Below, piece after piece: positions 8,464 through 17,216 of a stretch of DNA of 64,000 nucleotides. The DNA is taken from positions 35,081 to 99,080 of the forward strand of contig JAIUNL010000012.1 in assembly GCA_020161835.1 (NCBI GenBank), in the 5' to 3' direction. This stretch comes from Bacteroidota bacterium (lineage in GTDB: Bacteria; Bacteroidota; JABWAT01). Positions within the stretch are counted from its first letter, which is position 1. Every line of letters starts with the position of its first letter. The translations under genes were made by a program, and so were the position numbers. Under the pieces are notes generated by a model. It was not told the DNA's origin and did not search any database. It worked only from the letters and a program-made list of their open reading frames with translations.

Positions 8464-8495
8464 AAAAAAAAAGGACGGTTTTGTAACCGTCCTTT
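8464..8495 (-). terminator. Rho-independent terminator downstream of the 8603..9052 gene
   Basis: The minus strand reads aaaggacgg-ttacaaaa-ccgtccttt followed by a run of T (TTTTTTTTT). Confidence 0.75.
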
Positions 8496-8553
8496 CATAA
8501 ATAACTTAACCACAGAGTTTCACGGAGAAAATGGAGAAATTTAAGTTCTCATT

Positions 8554-8602
8554 ACCTGTAACCCGTAATTCGTGACCCGTAACCCGTAATAAGTGACCGG
8601 TT
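8554..8602. repeat. Heptamer array of 7 units: acctgta acccgta attcgtg acccgta acccgta ataagtg accggtt
   Basis: Read directly. The array ends at the base adjacent to the stop codon of the 8603..9052 gene. Confidence 0.75.
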
Positions 8603-9052
8603 TTAATACCGAAAAACCATCAGAAAAATAATAACCAGTTTCAGAAAATGTTCTACACTTGAAAAAGTGCCATATTTTTTAGCTGCAAGCTGAGCTTCAG
8701 GGAGATTTCCGGCAGAAAAAGCAGATTTTACCGATTTCCAGATTCTGAAAGTCATCCCGTGTTCGATTCCAAGAAGAATGATCGTAAGAACCAAACCGAT
8801 ATGAATATTCGGGTGAACCATGGCGAATCCGCCTTTGGCGAAAATGAGTAAAAAGCCGGTGACGAAAGTTGCAAGACCAAAAATCATGAGCACTTTATGA
8901 ACCGCATCGATCCGGTCCGGATTAAAACTGGTTCCACGGTCTGTGAGTGATTTTTTGATTTCTGCAGAAAGAGCAAGCGGAAGTCCGAACCAGACTGCAA
9001 ATGAAACGATGTGAACGGTCTTGAGTGTAAGAAAAAGAGAGAGGGATTCCAT
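8603..9052 (-). CDS. Small integral membrane protein (about 4 TM), function unknown
   Basis: 149-aa hydrophobic ORF with a terminator downstream. It shows only weak resemblance to the CopD/HemJ-type topology (LKTVHIVSFAVWFG). Confidence 0.55.
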   Translation of the reverse strand: MESLSLFLTLKTVHIVSFAVWFGLPLALSAEIKKSLTDRGTSFNPDRIDAVHKVLMIFGLATFVTGFLLIFAKGGFAMVHPNIHIGLVLTIILLGIEHGMTFRIWKSVKSAFSAGNLPEAQLAAKKYGTFSSVEHFLKLVIIFLMVFRY

Positions 9053-9124
9053 TTATTTTCCTGATTTGTTTTGATTATTGTTCAAATTAAGGAAAAATCT
9101 TCTGAAATGGTTCCGTTTCGCTGT

Positions 9125-9304
9125 TTATTTCGCCGGTTCCCAGTAACAACGGACAGGAGAAACAATACTTCCTTCTGTTTTCAGTTTGGTCATCAGTTTA
9201 TCGACTTCCTTTCTGTCGATTCCAGAGAGTTCAGCAATTTGTCCGTTACTGAGGGGTTTTCCTGCTTTTTTCATGGTTTCGAGAATTTGGGTTTTGTTGT
9301 CCAT
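9125..9304 (-). CDS. 59-aa winged-helix DNA-binding protein (below the ORF-track size cutoff)
   Basis: My own translation gives [59 protein letters not shown]. This is a wHTH pattern ([22 protein letters not shown]). It is co-oriented with and 72 nt upstream of the membrane protein gene. Confidence 0.6.
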   Translation of the reverse strand: MDNKTQILETMKKAGKPLSNGQIAELSGIDRKEVDKLMTKLKTEGSIVSPVRCYWEPAK

Positions 9305-9618
9305 GTTTGCTCCATTAAATAAAAAAGGTAAGTTCCTGCAGAAATTGGATTTTTCAAATTAGAGGCGGGTTAGAAAAAGAGGAAAATCGTTTAAACAGGG
9401 ATGTTCAGGATGAACAGGGTCATATCAAATCTGAAAGTCATGACACAATAGTGTTTTCGTGTTCGGGAGTGAAATCAGACTTCTGGTTTTGTTATCAAGA
9501 TCACGAAAACGGCCTTTAAGATTAAAAAATGCAATTTTTACTGATAAAACCTGATTAATGAACTTGGTTTAATGTTGAATATATATTAACATTAAAATAA
9601 ATCAACAACGGAGTATTT

Positions 9619-10311
9619 ATGAAATCTGTTCAATTCCTGTTCCTTTCCCTGATTGTAATTGTTTTTAATGGATGCAAGGAAGAAGATGATGACAATAAGA
9701 CTGAAAAATTTAATTATGGTTCGTTGAATTATAATGGTTTTGTGTATCGAACGATTGTTATCGGTAATCAGGAGTGGACAGTTGATAATTTACGGACGAC
9801 AGCTTACAATGATGGGTCACCAATTCTCAAGGTAGTTGATGGTACGCTTTGGACGGAAAACAAAACTGGAGCATTTTGTGCGTATTCAAACGATGAAGCA
9901 AATGTCACCCAGTTTGGTTATTTGTATAACTGGCACGCAGTTAACTCCGGAAAGCTTGCTCCCTCAACCGGAAACTGGCGGGTTCCAACAGATGCTGACT
10001 GGACGAAATTGATTGATTTTGCAGGAAAAGATTCCTTAGCGGGAGAAAAACTGAAATCTGAGACCTGGCCGTATGAATTGGTTAAAGGCAAAGATGAATT
10101 TGGTTTTAATGGTTTACCAGGCGGGTTCAGAGATGCTGGCTTTATGGGCTTTTTTGATTTAAAAGGAATGTCCGGTTATTATTGGTGTTCAACAGCTGCC
10201 ACCGAATTTAATGCCTGGGTACGGATTTTAAGGTATGATAAAAAAGGCATTGGAAGAGCAGCTATGTCATTTGGAACTGGTTATTCTGTTCGGCTTGTCA
10301 GAGATAGGTAA
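9619..10311 (+). CDS. FISUMP-domain lipoprotein (Fibrobacter succinogenes major paralogous domain family)
   Basis: Lipoprotein signal (LIVIVFNGC). Family motifs IGNQEWTVDNL, FGYLYNWHAV, NWRVPTDADW, GFNGLPGGFR, GYYWCST and a C-terminal SVRLVRD. Confidence 0.8.
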   Translation: MKSVQFLFLSLIVIVFNGCKEEDDDNKTEKFNYGSLNYNGFVYRTIVIGNQEWTVDNLRTTAYNDGSPILKVVDGTLWTENKTGAFCAYSNDEANVTQFGYLYNWHAVNSGKLAPSTGNWRVPTDADWTKLIDFAGKDSLAGEKLKSETWPYELVKGKDEFGFNGLPGGFRDAGFMGFFDLKGMSGYYWCSTAATEFNAWVRILRYDKKGIGRAAMSFGTGYSVRLVRDR

Positions 10312-10381
10312 TTTTTAAAATTGAGGCGGGATTGAAATTCGCTATATTAATGGTAAGTGGTTAAGGAAAAATGCCCCTTTT

Positions 10382-10462
10382 CTCACAGGCTTTATGACCT
10401 CATCCGTCTCCCGTGAACGGGAGCCACCTTCTCCCACAGGAGAAGGGTAAAATACCTGTGAG
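10382..10462. repeat. Nested palindromic element: an outer 8-bp stem enclosing two hairpins
   Basis: Outer stem ctcacagg (10382-10389) pairs with cctgtgag (10455-10462). Inner hairpins are ctcccg-tgaa-cgggag (10408-10423) and ccttctcc-caca-ggagaagg (10427-10446). Confidence 0.7.
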
Positions 10463-10524
10463 GGGAATGAAGTCAATAGTGAATGACTTGTGAAAAAGAG
10501 AATCAAACTTTTTTGCAGAACGTC

Positions 10525-10557
10525 AATTCAAAATTTAAAATTTAAAATTCAAAATTT
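10525..10557. repeat. Heptamer array: aattcaa aatttaa aatttaa aattcaa aattt
   Basis: Read directly. It ends 7 nt from the stop codon of the 10565..11335 gene. Confidence 0.75.
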
Positions 10558-10564
10558 CCCATCA

Positions 10565-11335
10565 TTAACCATTTCCCTCCGCCAGCTTCCTCACCTCATC
10601 TGCCATTGCCAGATTCACTTCAAAATGCTGCTCTAAAAACTCAAGATAAGCCAAAGCAGATTCCGGTGAACGGTCATAACCCTGACAGAACGAACCCAAT
10701 TTTTCTGATAATCCGGGAAATCGTTGTTCAAAACGCCTGTCAGGTGAAAAAGAATCAGAGTAAACTTGATTTGGAGTTTCAATTCTTGACGCCAAATCCA
10801 ATAACCGGTCAACCGCATACCATTGAATAAATCTCATTGCAGAAAGTTTTTCACCTCTGCGAAACCGACACAATCCCACGTATAAATTGGTTATGGCTTC
10901 TCCGATCAACCAGTCAGTTGGTGATGGCTGTTGAGGCTGTGGCTTCCTGACCGGTTTCCTGATCTCATCCGCAATCCAGTCCCGTTTCCAAATCATCCTT
11001 CCTTCTGAAAAAGGAATTCCTGCCAGTTCATTTTCTTCAAAAACGGCGAATTCGCAAAAGATTCCGTCGGCGAAAAGAAGCTTATACCCATCCGGAGAGT
11101 TTAAAAAGGCATACGAAACCGGGTGGATATCAGTCAGCCAGTCTAAATTGTGAATGTAATGGTGTTTGGATCCAGGAGCGACGATTGCAAAAAAATCGAG
11201 GTCAGAAAATTCATCCATCCGGTCAAGTTCAGGTCCGGCAGAACCGAGGCCGAAAAGGGCAAGGGCATCAGGCCGTTTTGAAAGAGAATGACCGATTTCA
11301 TTGAGTCTGTTTTGAAGGGAAGAGGGAGTTGGCAT
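10565..11335 (-). CDS. Nucleotidyltransferase-fold protein, LinB/Lnu(B)-like (lincosamide nucleotidyltransferase family)
   Basis: Pol-beta-type NT motif GLGSAG...SDLDFFAIV. The segments CEFAVFEENELAGIP and CRFRRGEKLSAMRFIQ resemble my recollection of LnuB (GEFHFLSEKDMNIIP and NVLKRGEYARSLELL). Confidence 0.6.
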   Translation of the reverse strand: MPTPSSLQNRLNEIGHSLSKRPDALALFGLGSAGPELDRMDEFSDLDFFAIVAPGSKHHYIHNLDWLTDIHPVSYAFLNSPDGYKLLFADGIFCEFAVFEENELAGIPFSEGRMIWKRDWIADEIRKPVRKPQPQQPSPTDWLIGEAITNLYVGLCRFRRGEKLSAMRFIQWYAVDRLLDLASRIETPNQVYSDSFSPDRRFEQRFPGLSEKLGSFCQGYDRSPESALAYLEFLEQHFEVNLAMADEVRKLAEGNG

Positions 11336-11455
11336 AAGAGTTTCCGGAATTTTAATTCCGAAAATTTAGATGAAATTTTTCAGAAATTAAAACGGATCAT
11401 GAAAATGAGTGGAAGGAAAGAAAACTGCTCCCTTCTGTTTCTCAGAACTTTTCCT

Positions 11456-11463
11456 TACCTTTG
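11456..11463 (+). promoter_or_regulatory. Candidate Bacteroidota-type -7 promoter element, TAccTTTG
   Basis: Matches TAnnTTTG, 37 nt upstream of the ileS ATG. No convincing -33 element was seen. Confidence 0.3.
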
Positions 11464-11499
11464 CAGGCTACATATTATTATAAAAAATCAGATCGATCT

Positions 11500-14400
11500 A
11501 TGAAATACCGTGAACTTGCCGGCGGAACCCAACTCACCGCCATTGAAAAAGAAATCCAGGCCTATTGGCAGGAAAATAAGGTTTTTGAAACTTCCCTCCG
11601 TCAGGATGAAGACCGCCCGCACTTCACCTTTTATGAAGGTCCGCCCACAGCAAACGGCCGCCCCGGCATTCACCACGTGATGGGCAGAACCGTTAAAGAT
11701 TTATTCTGCCGGTACAAAACACTCAAAGGGTTCAAAGTTGGCCGCAAAGCCGGCTGGGATACACACGGACTCCCCGTCGAAATTGAAGTTGAAAAAGAAC
11801 TTGGCTTAAAAGGTCGTTCCCAGGTTGAAGAATATGGTGTTGCGGAATACAATAAACGCTGCCGTTCATCCGTCCTGAAGTACAAAGATCAGTGGGATAC
11901 ACTCACCAATATCATGGGATATTGGGTGGATTTGAACGATCCGTACATCACCTTCGAAAATAATTACATCGAATCCAATTGGTGGGCTCTCAAGACCCTT
12001 TATGAAAAAGGATTGCTCTACAAAGGCTATAAAATCCAGTGGTATTCACCGGGTTCTGCTACCGTTCTGAGTTCTCACGAAGTTTCTCTCGGTTACAAAG
12101 AAGTTCAGGATCCTTCAGTTTATATTTCTTTTACAACTGATGAAGATCCTGATACCAGTTTTCTTGCCTGGACGACGACACCCTGGACGCTGATTTCGAA
12201 CATGGCTCTGGCCGTTCATCCGAAACTCGATTATGTAAAAATTCAGTTTAAAGAAACCGGAAAGTTTGCCTGGCTGGCTCAGGCCCGTCTGTCCGTTATC
12301 AAAGAAGAATATGAACAAGTGGCAACCTGCAAGGGAACCGATCTGATCGGGAAAACCTATCAGCCCCTGTTTGATTATGCACTGCAGGATTTTACCAAAG
12401 ATCAGGCCTGGCGGATTATCGCCGCTGATTTTGTGACCACCGAAGACGGTACCGGAATTGTTCACCAGGCCCCGGCTTATGGTGCAGATGACTTTGACGT
12501 CACCCAGAAAAACGGAATTCCGCTTTACAATCCCATCAACCGGGACGGATGTTTTGAGGATAAAATTGACATCGTAGCCGGACTCTGGTTCAAAAACGCC
12601 GATAAAGTAATCGCCCGGAATCTGAAAGACCGCGGACACATGTACCGCCACGAAACGTATCTTCACAACTATCCGATGGACTGGCGGAAGGGAACTCCCC
12701 TCATGTCATATCCTGTTGATTCCTGGTTTATCAAAACCACAGCAGTGAAAGACCGGATGGTTGAACTGAACAATCAGATCAACTGGAAACCGGCAAGTAC
12801 CGGATCAGGACGGTTTGGAAGCTGGCTGGAAAATAACGTTGACTGGGCGATTTCCCGTCAGCGGTTTTGGGGAACACCGATTCCAATCTGGGCATCCGAT
12901 AAAGATCCCGGTTACATCGAAGTGATCGGTTCTGTTGCTGAACTGAAAGCCAAAGCCGGTATTCCTGCTGATAAGGAACTTGATCTGCACCGCCCCTACA
13001 TCGATGAAATAACCTGGGCAGGTCCTGACGGATCAACCATGAAACGGATTCCAGATCTTCTGGATGTCTGGTTTGATTCCGGTGCCATGCCGTTTTCACA
13101 GTGGCATTATCCGTTTGAAAAACAGGAAAAATTCAAAACCAATTTCCCGGCAGATTTCATTGCCGAAGGTGTTGACCAAACCCGTGGCTGGTTTTATACT
13201 CTCCACGCACTTGGAACCATGCTGTTTGATAATTACGCTTTTAAAAATGTGGTTTCAAACGGACTTGTTCTCGATGCCAAAGGCGAGAAAATGTCGAAGA
13301 CAAAAGGGAACACCGTCAATCCGTTCGAAATTATTGAACAGTTCGGTGCAGATTCCCTTCGCTGGTACATGATTTCCAATTCAAATCCGTGGGAAAATCT
13401 CAAGTTTAATCTGGAAGGATTGAAAGAAACCCAGCGGAAGTTTTTCAATACGTTACTGAATACCTATCAGTTTTTTGCCATGTATGCGAATATTGACGGG
13501 TTTCATTATGATGAAAAGAATCTGGTTCCCATCAATGAACGTACAGAACTTGATCAGTGGGTTATTTCACGTCTGAATTCCATTATCAAATTTACCGATG
13601 AGAATTTCAACGATTATGAACCAACCCGTGCTGCCCGTGAGCTTGAAGAGTTTATGGATGAAGTTTCAAATTGGTATGTGAGAAGAAGCCGTCGCCGGTT
13701 CTGGAAAGAAGGATCGACAAAAGATAAAAATGCTGCTTACCAAACCTTGTACGAATGCCTGGTTAATCTGGTAAAACTGATTTCACCGATTGCCCCGTTC
13801 GTATCCGACTGGCTGTATCAAAACCTTCAGGCAGGATCAGGGAATAAAGTGCTTTCCGTTCATATTTCAGATTTTCCTGTTGCTGATGAAACACTCATCA
13901 ATACGGATCTGGAGTTCAGAATGTCAATGGCAAGAGGGATTTCTTCCATTGTGTTGCGCATCAGAAACAAAGTTGGATTGAATGTCCGCCAGCCATTGAA
14001 ACGAATTATGCTGCCGGTTCGTGATCCGAAAGAACGCCGTGCCATAGATAAAGTAAAAGATGTGATCGTCGACGAAATTAATGTCAAAAGTATTGAGTAT
14101 ATTGATGATGATTCAGGAATAGTTCAAAAATCGGCAAAGCCAAATTTCAAAAAAATTGGCTCCAGGTTTGGTAAAAACATGGGTGCAGTTTCTGAAGCAG
14201 TAAAAGCCCTGACCAGTGATCAGCTCAGTCAGTACGAACTCAAGGGTGAACTGAACCTGACCATTGCAGGGGCAGAAGAGCTTTTTACCGGGGATGATAT
14301 TGAAGTTATCCGTAAAGATGTAGAAGGCTGGCTGGTAGAATCTGAAGGCCGTCTGACTGTTGCACTTGATACTGAGCTGAATGAAGAACTGATTAATGAA

Positions 14401-14649
14401 GGACTTGCCCGGGAATTTGTAAACCGGGTTCAGAATCTTAGAAAAGAATCTGGTTTTGAGGTTACCGACCGGATTCAGATTTTTGTAGAAGCAACACCCC
14501 GTTTGGAGGCTGCTTTGAAAATCATGCAGGACTATATCATGCGTGAAACACTTGCAGTTCAAGTGCTTGGTGCTGAATCGCAGCAAGAAGCATTAAAAGA
14601 GTTGCAAATTAACGACGAATCCTGTAAACTTGCGCTTCGAAAAATTTAA
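11500..14649 (+). CDS. ileS: Isoleucine--tRNA ligase, type 2
   Basis: PPTANGRPGIHHVMGR (HIGH region) and KMSKTKGN (KMSKS), with a long type-2 C-terminal region. Start placed at ATG 11500 (MKYRELAGG). Confidence 0.97.
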   Translation: MKYRELAGGTQLTAIEKEIQAYWQENKVFETSLRQDEDRPHFTFYEGPPTANGRPGIHHVMGRTVKDLFCRYKTLKGFKVGRKAGWDTHGLPVEIEVEKELGLKGRSQVEEYGVAEYNKRCRSSVLKYKDQWDTLTNIMGYWVDLNDPYITFENNYIESNWWALKTLYEKGLLYKGYKIQWYSPGSATVLSSHEVSLGYKEVQDPSVYISFTTDEDPDTSFLAWTTTPWTLISNMALAVHPKLDYVKIQFKETGKFAWLAQARLSVIKEEYEQVATCKGTDLIGKTYQPLFDYALQDFTKDQAWRIIAADFVTTEDGTGIVHQAPAYGADDFDVTQKNGIPLYNPINRDGCFEDKIDIVAGLWFKNADKVIARNLKDRGHMYRHETYLHNYPMDWRKGTPLMSYPVDSWFIKTTAVKDRMVELNNQINWKPASTGSGRFGSWLENNVDWAISRQRFWGTPIPIWASDKDPGYIEVIGSVAELKAKAGIPADKELDLHRPYIDEITWAGPDGSTMKRIPDLLDVWFDSGAMPFSQWHYPFEKQEKFKTNFPADFIAEGVDQTRGWFYTLHALGTMLFDNYAFKNVVSNGLVLDAKGEKMSKTKGNTVNPFEIIEQFGADSLRWYMISNSNPWENLKFNLEGLKETQRKFFNTLLNTYQFFAMYANIDGFHYDEKNLVPINERTELDQWVISRLNSIIKFTDENFNDYEPTRAARELEEFMDEVSNWYVRRSRRRFWKEGSTKDKNAAYQTLYECLVNLVKLISPIAPFVSDWLYQNLQAGSGNKVLSVHISDFPVADETLINTDLEFRMSMARGISSIVLRIRNKVGLNVRQPLKRIMLPVRDPKERRAIDKVKDVIVDEINVKSIEYIDDDSGIVQKSAKPNFKKIGSRFGKNMGAVSEAVKALTSDQLSQYELKGELNLTIAGAEELFTGDDIEVIRKDVEGWLVESEGRLTVALDTELNEELINEGLAREFVNRVQNLRKESGFEVTDRIQIFVEATPRLEAALKIMQDYIMRETLAVQVLGAESQQEALKELQINDESCKLALRKI

Positions 14650-14671
14650 AGACCTGAAAAGGGGAAACAAG

Positions 14672-15073
14672 ATGTCGACACCAACTTTTAAACCAGACAT
14701 CAAGGGTCATTGGACACCTGAAGATTATCAGCATTTCTTTTCAATCATTCTGAAGAAGAAGGAAGAAATTCTCGAAGACCTTAATATGCTTCGTGATACC
14801 CTTGCTGAATCTTCTGCAGACGGGTCTTTTGAAAACAAAACGTACTCTCTTCACATGGCAGATCAGGGAACTGATGCTATGGAGAGAGAAAAAACATTTC
14901 TTTTTGCGTCACGTGAAGGTAAAATCCTTGATTATCTGGAACGTGCAATTCAACGGCTCGAAAACGGAACCTACGGTTACTGCAAAGTTTGCATGAAACC
15001 AATGGAAAAAGGCCGTCTTGAAGCAGTTCCCCATTCACAAATTTGCGTTCCCTGCAAACAGAAACAGGTCTGA
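14672..15073 (+). CDS. DksA/TraR family C4-type zinc-finger protein
   Basis: CKVCMKPMEKGRLEAVPHSQICVPC. Start at ATG 14672 follows a purine-rich RBS. The gene sits in the conserved position between ileS and lspA. Confidence 0.85.
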   Translation: MSTPTFKPDIKGHWTPEDYQHFFSIILKKKEEILEDLNMLRDTLAESSADGSFENKTYSLHMADQGTDAMEREKTFLFASREGKILDYLERAIQRLENGTYGYCKVCMKPMEKGRLEAVPHSQICVPCKQKQV

Positions 15074-15651
15074 GCTTTTTGAAAATATTCTGGCTTTCCT
15101 TTGTCATTGCAGTTGCTGACCAGGTTATCAAACAAATCATCCGCACTCAATTTCTTCTTGGAGAAACCGTTTCTGTTATTGGAGACGGTTTTTTTCGTTT
15201 GAGTTACATTGAAAATCCGGGAATGGCTTTTGGTATTCAACCCGGCAATAAAATGTTTTTTACACTTCTTACTATTCTTATCGTAATTGGTCTGATTGTC
15301 TACCAGTTTCAGATCAGAAAAGATTCCCTTTATCAACGCCTTCCTCTCGCCATTATTTTGGGCGGTGCCTTCGGAAACTTGATTGACCGGATTTTCTATG
15401 GTGTCTGGTTTCAAATGGATACGTGGTTTCATGGCCGTGTTGTAGATTATCTTGATTTTGATTTCCCTGACATTGATTTCGCCGGCATATACATGACCCG
15501 TTGGCCGGTATTTAATCTGGCGGATATGGCAGTTTCAATTGGGGTTGTTCTGATGATTATTTTCATCAATAAAGGATCAATCCTCGATGAAGATGATGAG
15601 GACGGAACAGTGGTCAGTGATAAGTCGAGCGAAGCGAAGATCCCGAATTAA
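15043..15651 (+). CDS. lspA: Lipoprotein signal peptidase II
   Basis: NPGMAFG and FNLADMAVSIG motifs. The start is uncertain (ATG 15043 or in-frame TTG 15079). The last 14 codons are encoded by a repeat element (see findings). Confidence 0.9.
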   Translation: MRSLQTETGLSFLKIFWLSFVIAVADQVIKQIIRTQFLLGETVSVIGDGFFRLSYIENPGMAFGIQPGNKMFFTLLTILIVIGLIVYQFQIRKDSLYQRLPLAIILGGAFGNLIDRIFYGVWFQMDTWFHGRVVDYLDFDFPDIDFAGIYMTRWPVFNLADMAVSIGVVLMIIFINKGSILDEDDEDGTVVSDKSSEAKIPN

Positions 15652-15658
15652 CTTCGGG
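15608..15658 (+). repeat. Repeat element copy A (cagtggt cagtgat aagtcga gcgaagc gaagatc ccgaa) plus a cccgaa-ttaac-ttcggg hairpin
   Basis: 29 of 31 nt (15617-15647) are identical to the reverse complement of 56006-56036. The hairpin at 15642-15658 contains the lspA stop codon in its loop. Confidence 0.8.
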
Positions 15659-15663
15659 GTGAT

Positions 15664-15715
15664 AAGTGGTAAGTTACCAAGTTACAAGTTATAAAAGTTA
15701 TAAGTTACAAGTTAG
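15664..15715. repeat. Heptamer array AAGTTAY (7 units with two small indels)
   Basis: aagtggt aagttac c aagttac aagttat aa aagttat aagttac aagttag. Confidence 0.75.
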
Positions 15716-15721
15716 AATTGA

Positions 15722-15751
15722 TGTAACACCGACCGGGAGGTCGGTGTTACA
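15722..15751 (+). repeat. Perfect 13-bp-stem hairpin with a GGGA loop
   Basis: tgtaacaccgacc-ggga-ggtcggtgttaca. Related copies occur at 37401-37424 and 37338-37357. Confidence 0.85.
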
Positions 15752-15770
15752 ATACCTGGCCAATGTGTCT

Positions 15771-15814
15771 GTCATTCTGAGTGTCCCGAACGCTTTCGGG
15801 ATGTATCAAAGAAC
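15771..15814 (+). repeat. GTCA-stem-GAG...TCAA-stem module carrying an inner cccgaa-cgct-ttcggg hairpin
   Basis: gtcattctGAGtgtcccgaacgctttcgggatgtaTCAAagaac. The inner hairpin recurs in the opposite orientation at 55917-55934. Confidence 0.7.
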
Positions 15815-15934
15815 ATCCCCGCCTTCATTCCTTATCTCAATTTTGTTTTATTCTTCAAATTCCCGATTTTAACTCCTGAATATCTGATTTCTTTGCGACT
15901 TCGGGCCTTTGTGGTCTCCCTTTTTATTTAAATT

Positions 15935-17116
15935 ATGACTCAATTAAAAACCGTTTCCCTTAAGTCAGGTCATGACCGCCGTCTGAAAAACGGACATCTC
16001 TGGGTATTTTCGAATGAACTTCAGGAATTGGATACCACGATCCCACCCGGAACTGCAGTTGAAGTAAAATCATACCGGGGAGAAAGTTTCGGAACGGGTT
16101 TTTACAACCCGAACAGTTTAATTACAGTCAGACTACTTCAAACTGATGTTCAGGTTATTGACCGTGCTTTTTTTCTTGAACGGTTAACAACGGCAAAACA
16201 GTACCGTGAACGGATTTTACCAGGTAAAACTGCCTATCGGCTTTGTTTTGGTGAATCGGATTTCCTTCCCGGTTTGGTCATCGACCGGTATGGCGATTAC
16301 TTTTCAATCCAGATCCTCTCAGCAGGAATTGAACTTTACCTCGATGAAATTATCAGTGTTTTAAAGGAATTATTTCCCGGGTTAAAGGGAATTGCTGAAA
16401 AAAACAGCTCACATCTCAGAAATCTGGAAGGACTTCCTTTGCGGGATGGCGTAGTTTTTGGCGAAATCCCCCCATCCATCCAAATAAGAGAAAATGACAT
16501 TAACTATGAAATTTCAATTCTGGACGGACAAAAAACCGGTTACTTTCTTGATCAGAAACTGAACAGACGGATAATCGGCGAATTATCTTCCGGACTGACG
16601 GTTTTAGATTGCTTTACCAATCAGGGCGGGTTTGCACTCAATGCAGCAAAAGGCGGAGCAAAGAAAGTTACCGGAATTGATATTTCGGCTGCAGCTGTTG
16701 AATCGTGCCGGGCAAATGCAAAGTTAAATGGTTACGCCCAAACTGAATTTGTGATTATGGATGTGTTTAGGTTTTTGCAGGAATCAGTTGGTGAAAAAAA
16801 GCAATTTGATCTGGTCATTCTTGATCCGCCATCCTTCACCAAATCAAAGAAAAACGTTCCGGCAGCAAGAAAAGGGTATGCAGAAATCAACCGGTTGGGA
16901 ATGAAACTGGTTCCGCAGGGTGGATTTTTGGCAACGGCAAGTTGCTCGCAGCATATTTTTGAAGATACCTTTTTGGATATTATCAGGGAAGAAGCAAATA
17001 AACTTGGCCGTCAGTTGAGGTTGGTTTACCGTGGCGGACAAGCACCCGATCATCCGGTTCTCGATTCTATGCCTGAAACCCGGTATTTGAAGTTTTTTCT
17101 CTTTCAGGTTGTTTAG
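15935..17116 (+). CDS. rlmI: Class I SAM-dependent rRNA methyltransferase, RlmI-like (PUA domain plus MTase)
   Basis: N-terminal PUA-like region, SAM-binding VLDCFTNQGGFAL, and a DPPSF motif. Confidence 0.8.
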   Translation: MTQLKTVSLKSGHDRRLKNGHLWVFSNELQELDTTIPPGTAVEVKSYRGESFGTGFYNPNSLITVRLLQTDVQVIDRAFFLERLTTAKQYRERILPGKTAYRLCFGESDFLPGLVIDRYGDYFSIQILSAGIELYLDEIISVLKELFPGLKGIAEKNSSHLRNLEGLPLRDGVVFGEIPPSIQIRENDINYEISILDGQKTGYFLDQKLNRRIIGELSSGLTVLDCFTNQGGFALNAAKGGAKKVTGIDISAAAVESCRANAKLNGYAQTEFVIMDVFRFLQESVGEKKQFDLVILDPPSFTKSKKNVPAARKGYAEINRLGMKLVPQGGFLATASCSQHIFEDTFLDIIREEANKLGRQLRLVYRGGQAPDHPVLDSMPETRYLKFFLFQVV

Positions 17117-17120
17117 GGAA

Positions 17121-17155
17121 GGTTACAGGTTACTGGTCACATATTACAGGTTAAA
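17121..17155. repeat. Heptamer array: ggttaca ggttact ggtcaca tattaca ggttaaa
   Basis: Read directly. It starts 5 nt after the rlmI-like stop codon. Confidence 0.75.
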
Positions 17156-17216
17156 TAATTAAGATTCTGATCAGAACACATGGCGATTCTTCAAATAGGC
17201 TCAGAAAAAAATTCGT

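Noticed and set aside
9071-9322. 83-aa + strand ORF from the track
   Set aside because: It lies antisense to a far more plausible 59-aa wHTH gene (9125-9304, minus strand) and has a Phe/Ser/Cys-rich, low-information sequence with no motif.
10382-10462. tRNA-like cloverleaf
   Set aside because: The loops are 4 nt, there are only two internal arms, and no anticodon or T-loop features are present. It fits the local palindromic-module family instead.
9619-10564. Diversity-generating retroelement targeting the FISUMP protein (the C-terminal YWCST...SVRLVRD resembles C-type-lectin-fold variable regions)
   Set aside because: There is no template repeat resembling the 3' end of the gene in the flanking DNA, and no reverse transcriptase anywhere in the window.
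11336-11499. Replication origin at the strand-bias switch (genes mostly on the minus strand before 11.3 kb and almost all on the + strand after)
   Set aside because: There is no dnaA or dnaN gene, no cluster of DnaA boxes and no AT-rich unwinding element. The only exact TTATCCACA I noticed lies inside the ZIP transporter gene near 62549. The switch is consistent with a simple divergent promoter region.
11336-11499. T-box or other riboswitch leaders upstream of ileS, valS and purF
   Set aside because: I could find no specifier-loop, T-box or purine-riboswitch-like conserved sequence by eye, and the leaders are short. A cmscan search would be needed to exclude them formally.
12115-12666. Long antisense ORFs inside well-supported genes. 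Examples are 12115..12666 and 14113..14586 in ileS, 30748..31242 in relA, 33010..33474 in ruvX, 43820..44320 across purF/ubiA, 57954..58388 in the hot-dog-fold gene, and 1843..2181 in valS.
   Set aside because: Each opposite strand carries a gene with strong family motifs. The antisense products have no motifs and a skewed composition, so there is no evidence for overlapping genes.
15666-15872. 68-aa ORF downstream of lspA (a similar case is 37241..37462 on the minus strand)
   Set aside because: Both ORFs are read straight through heptamer arrays and hairpin modules. The shared peptide PTGRSVLQ simply reflects the repeated TGTAACACCGACC hairpin. They are translation artefacts of repeats.
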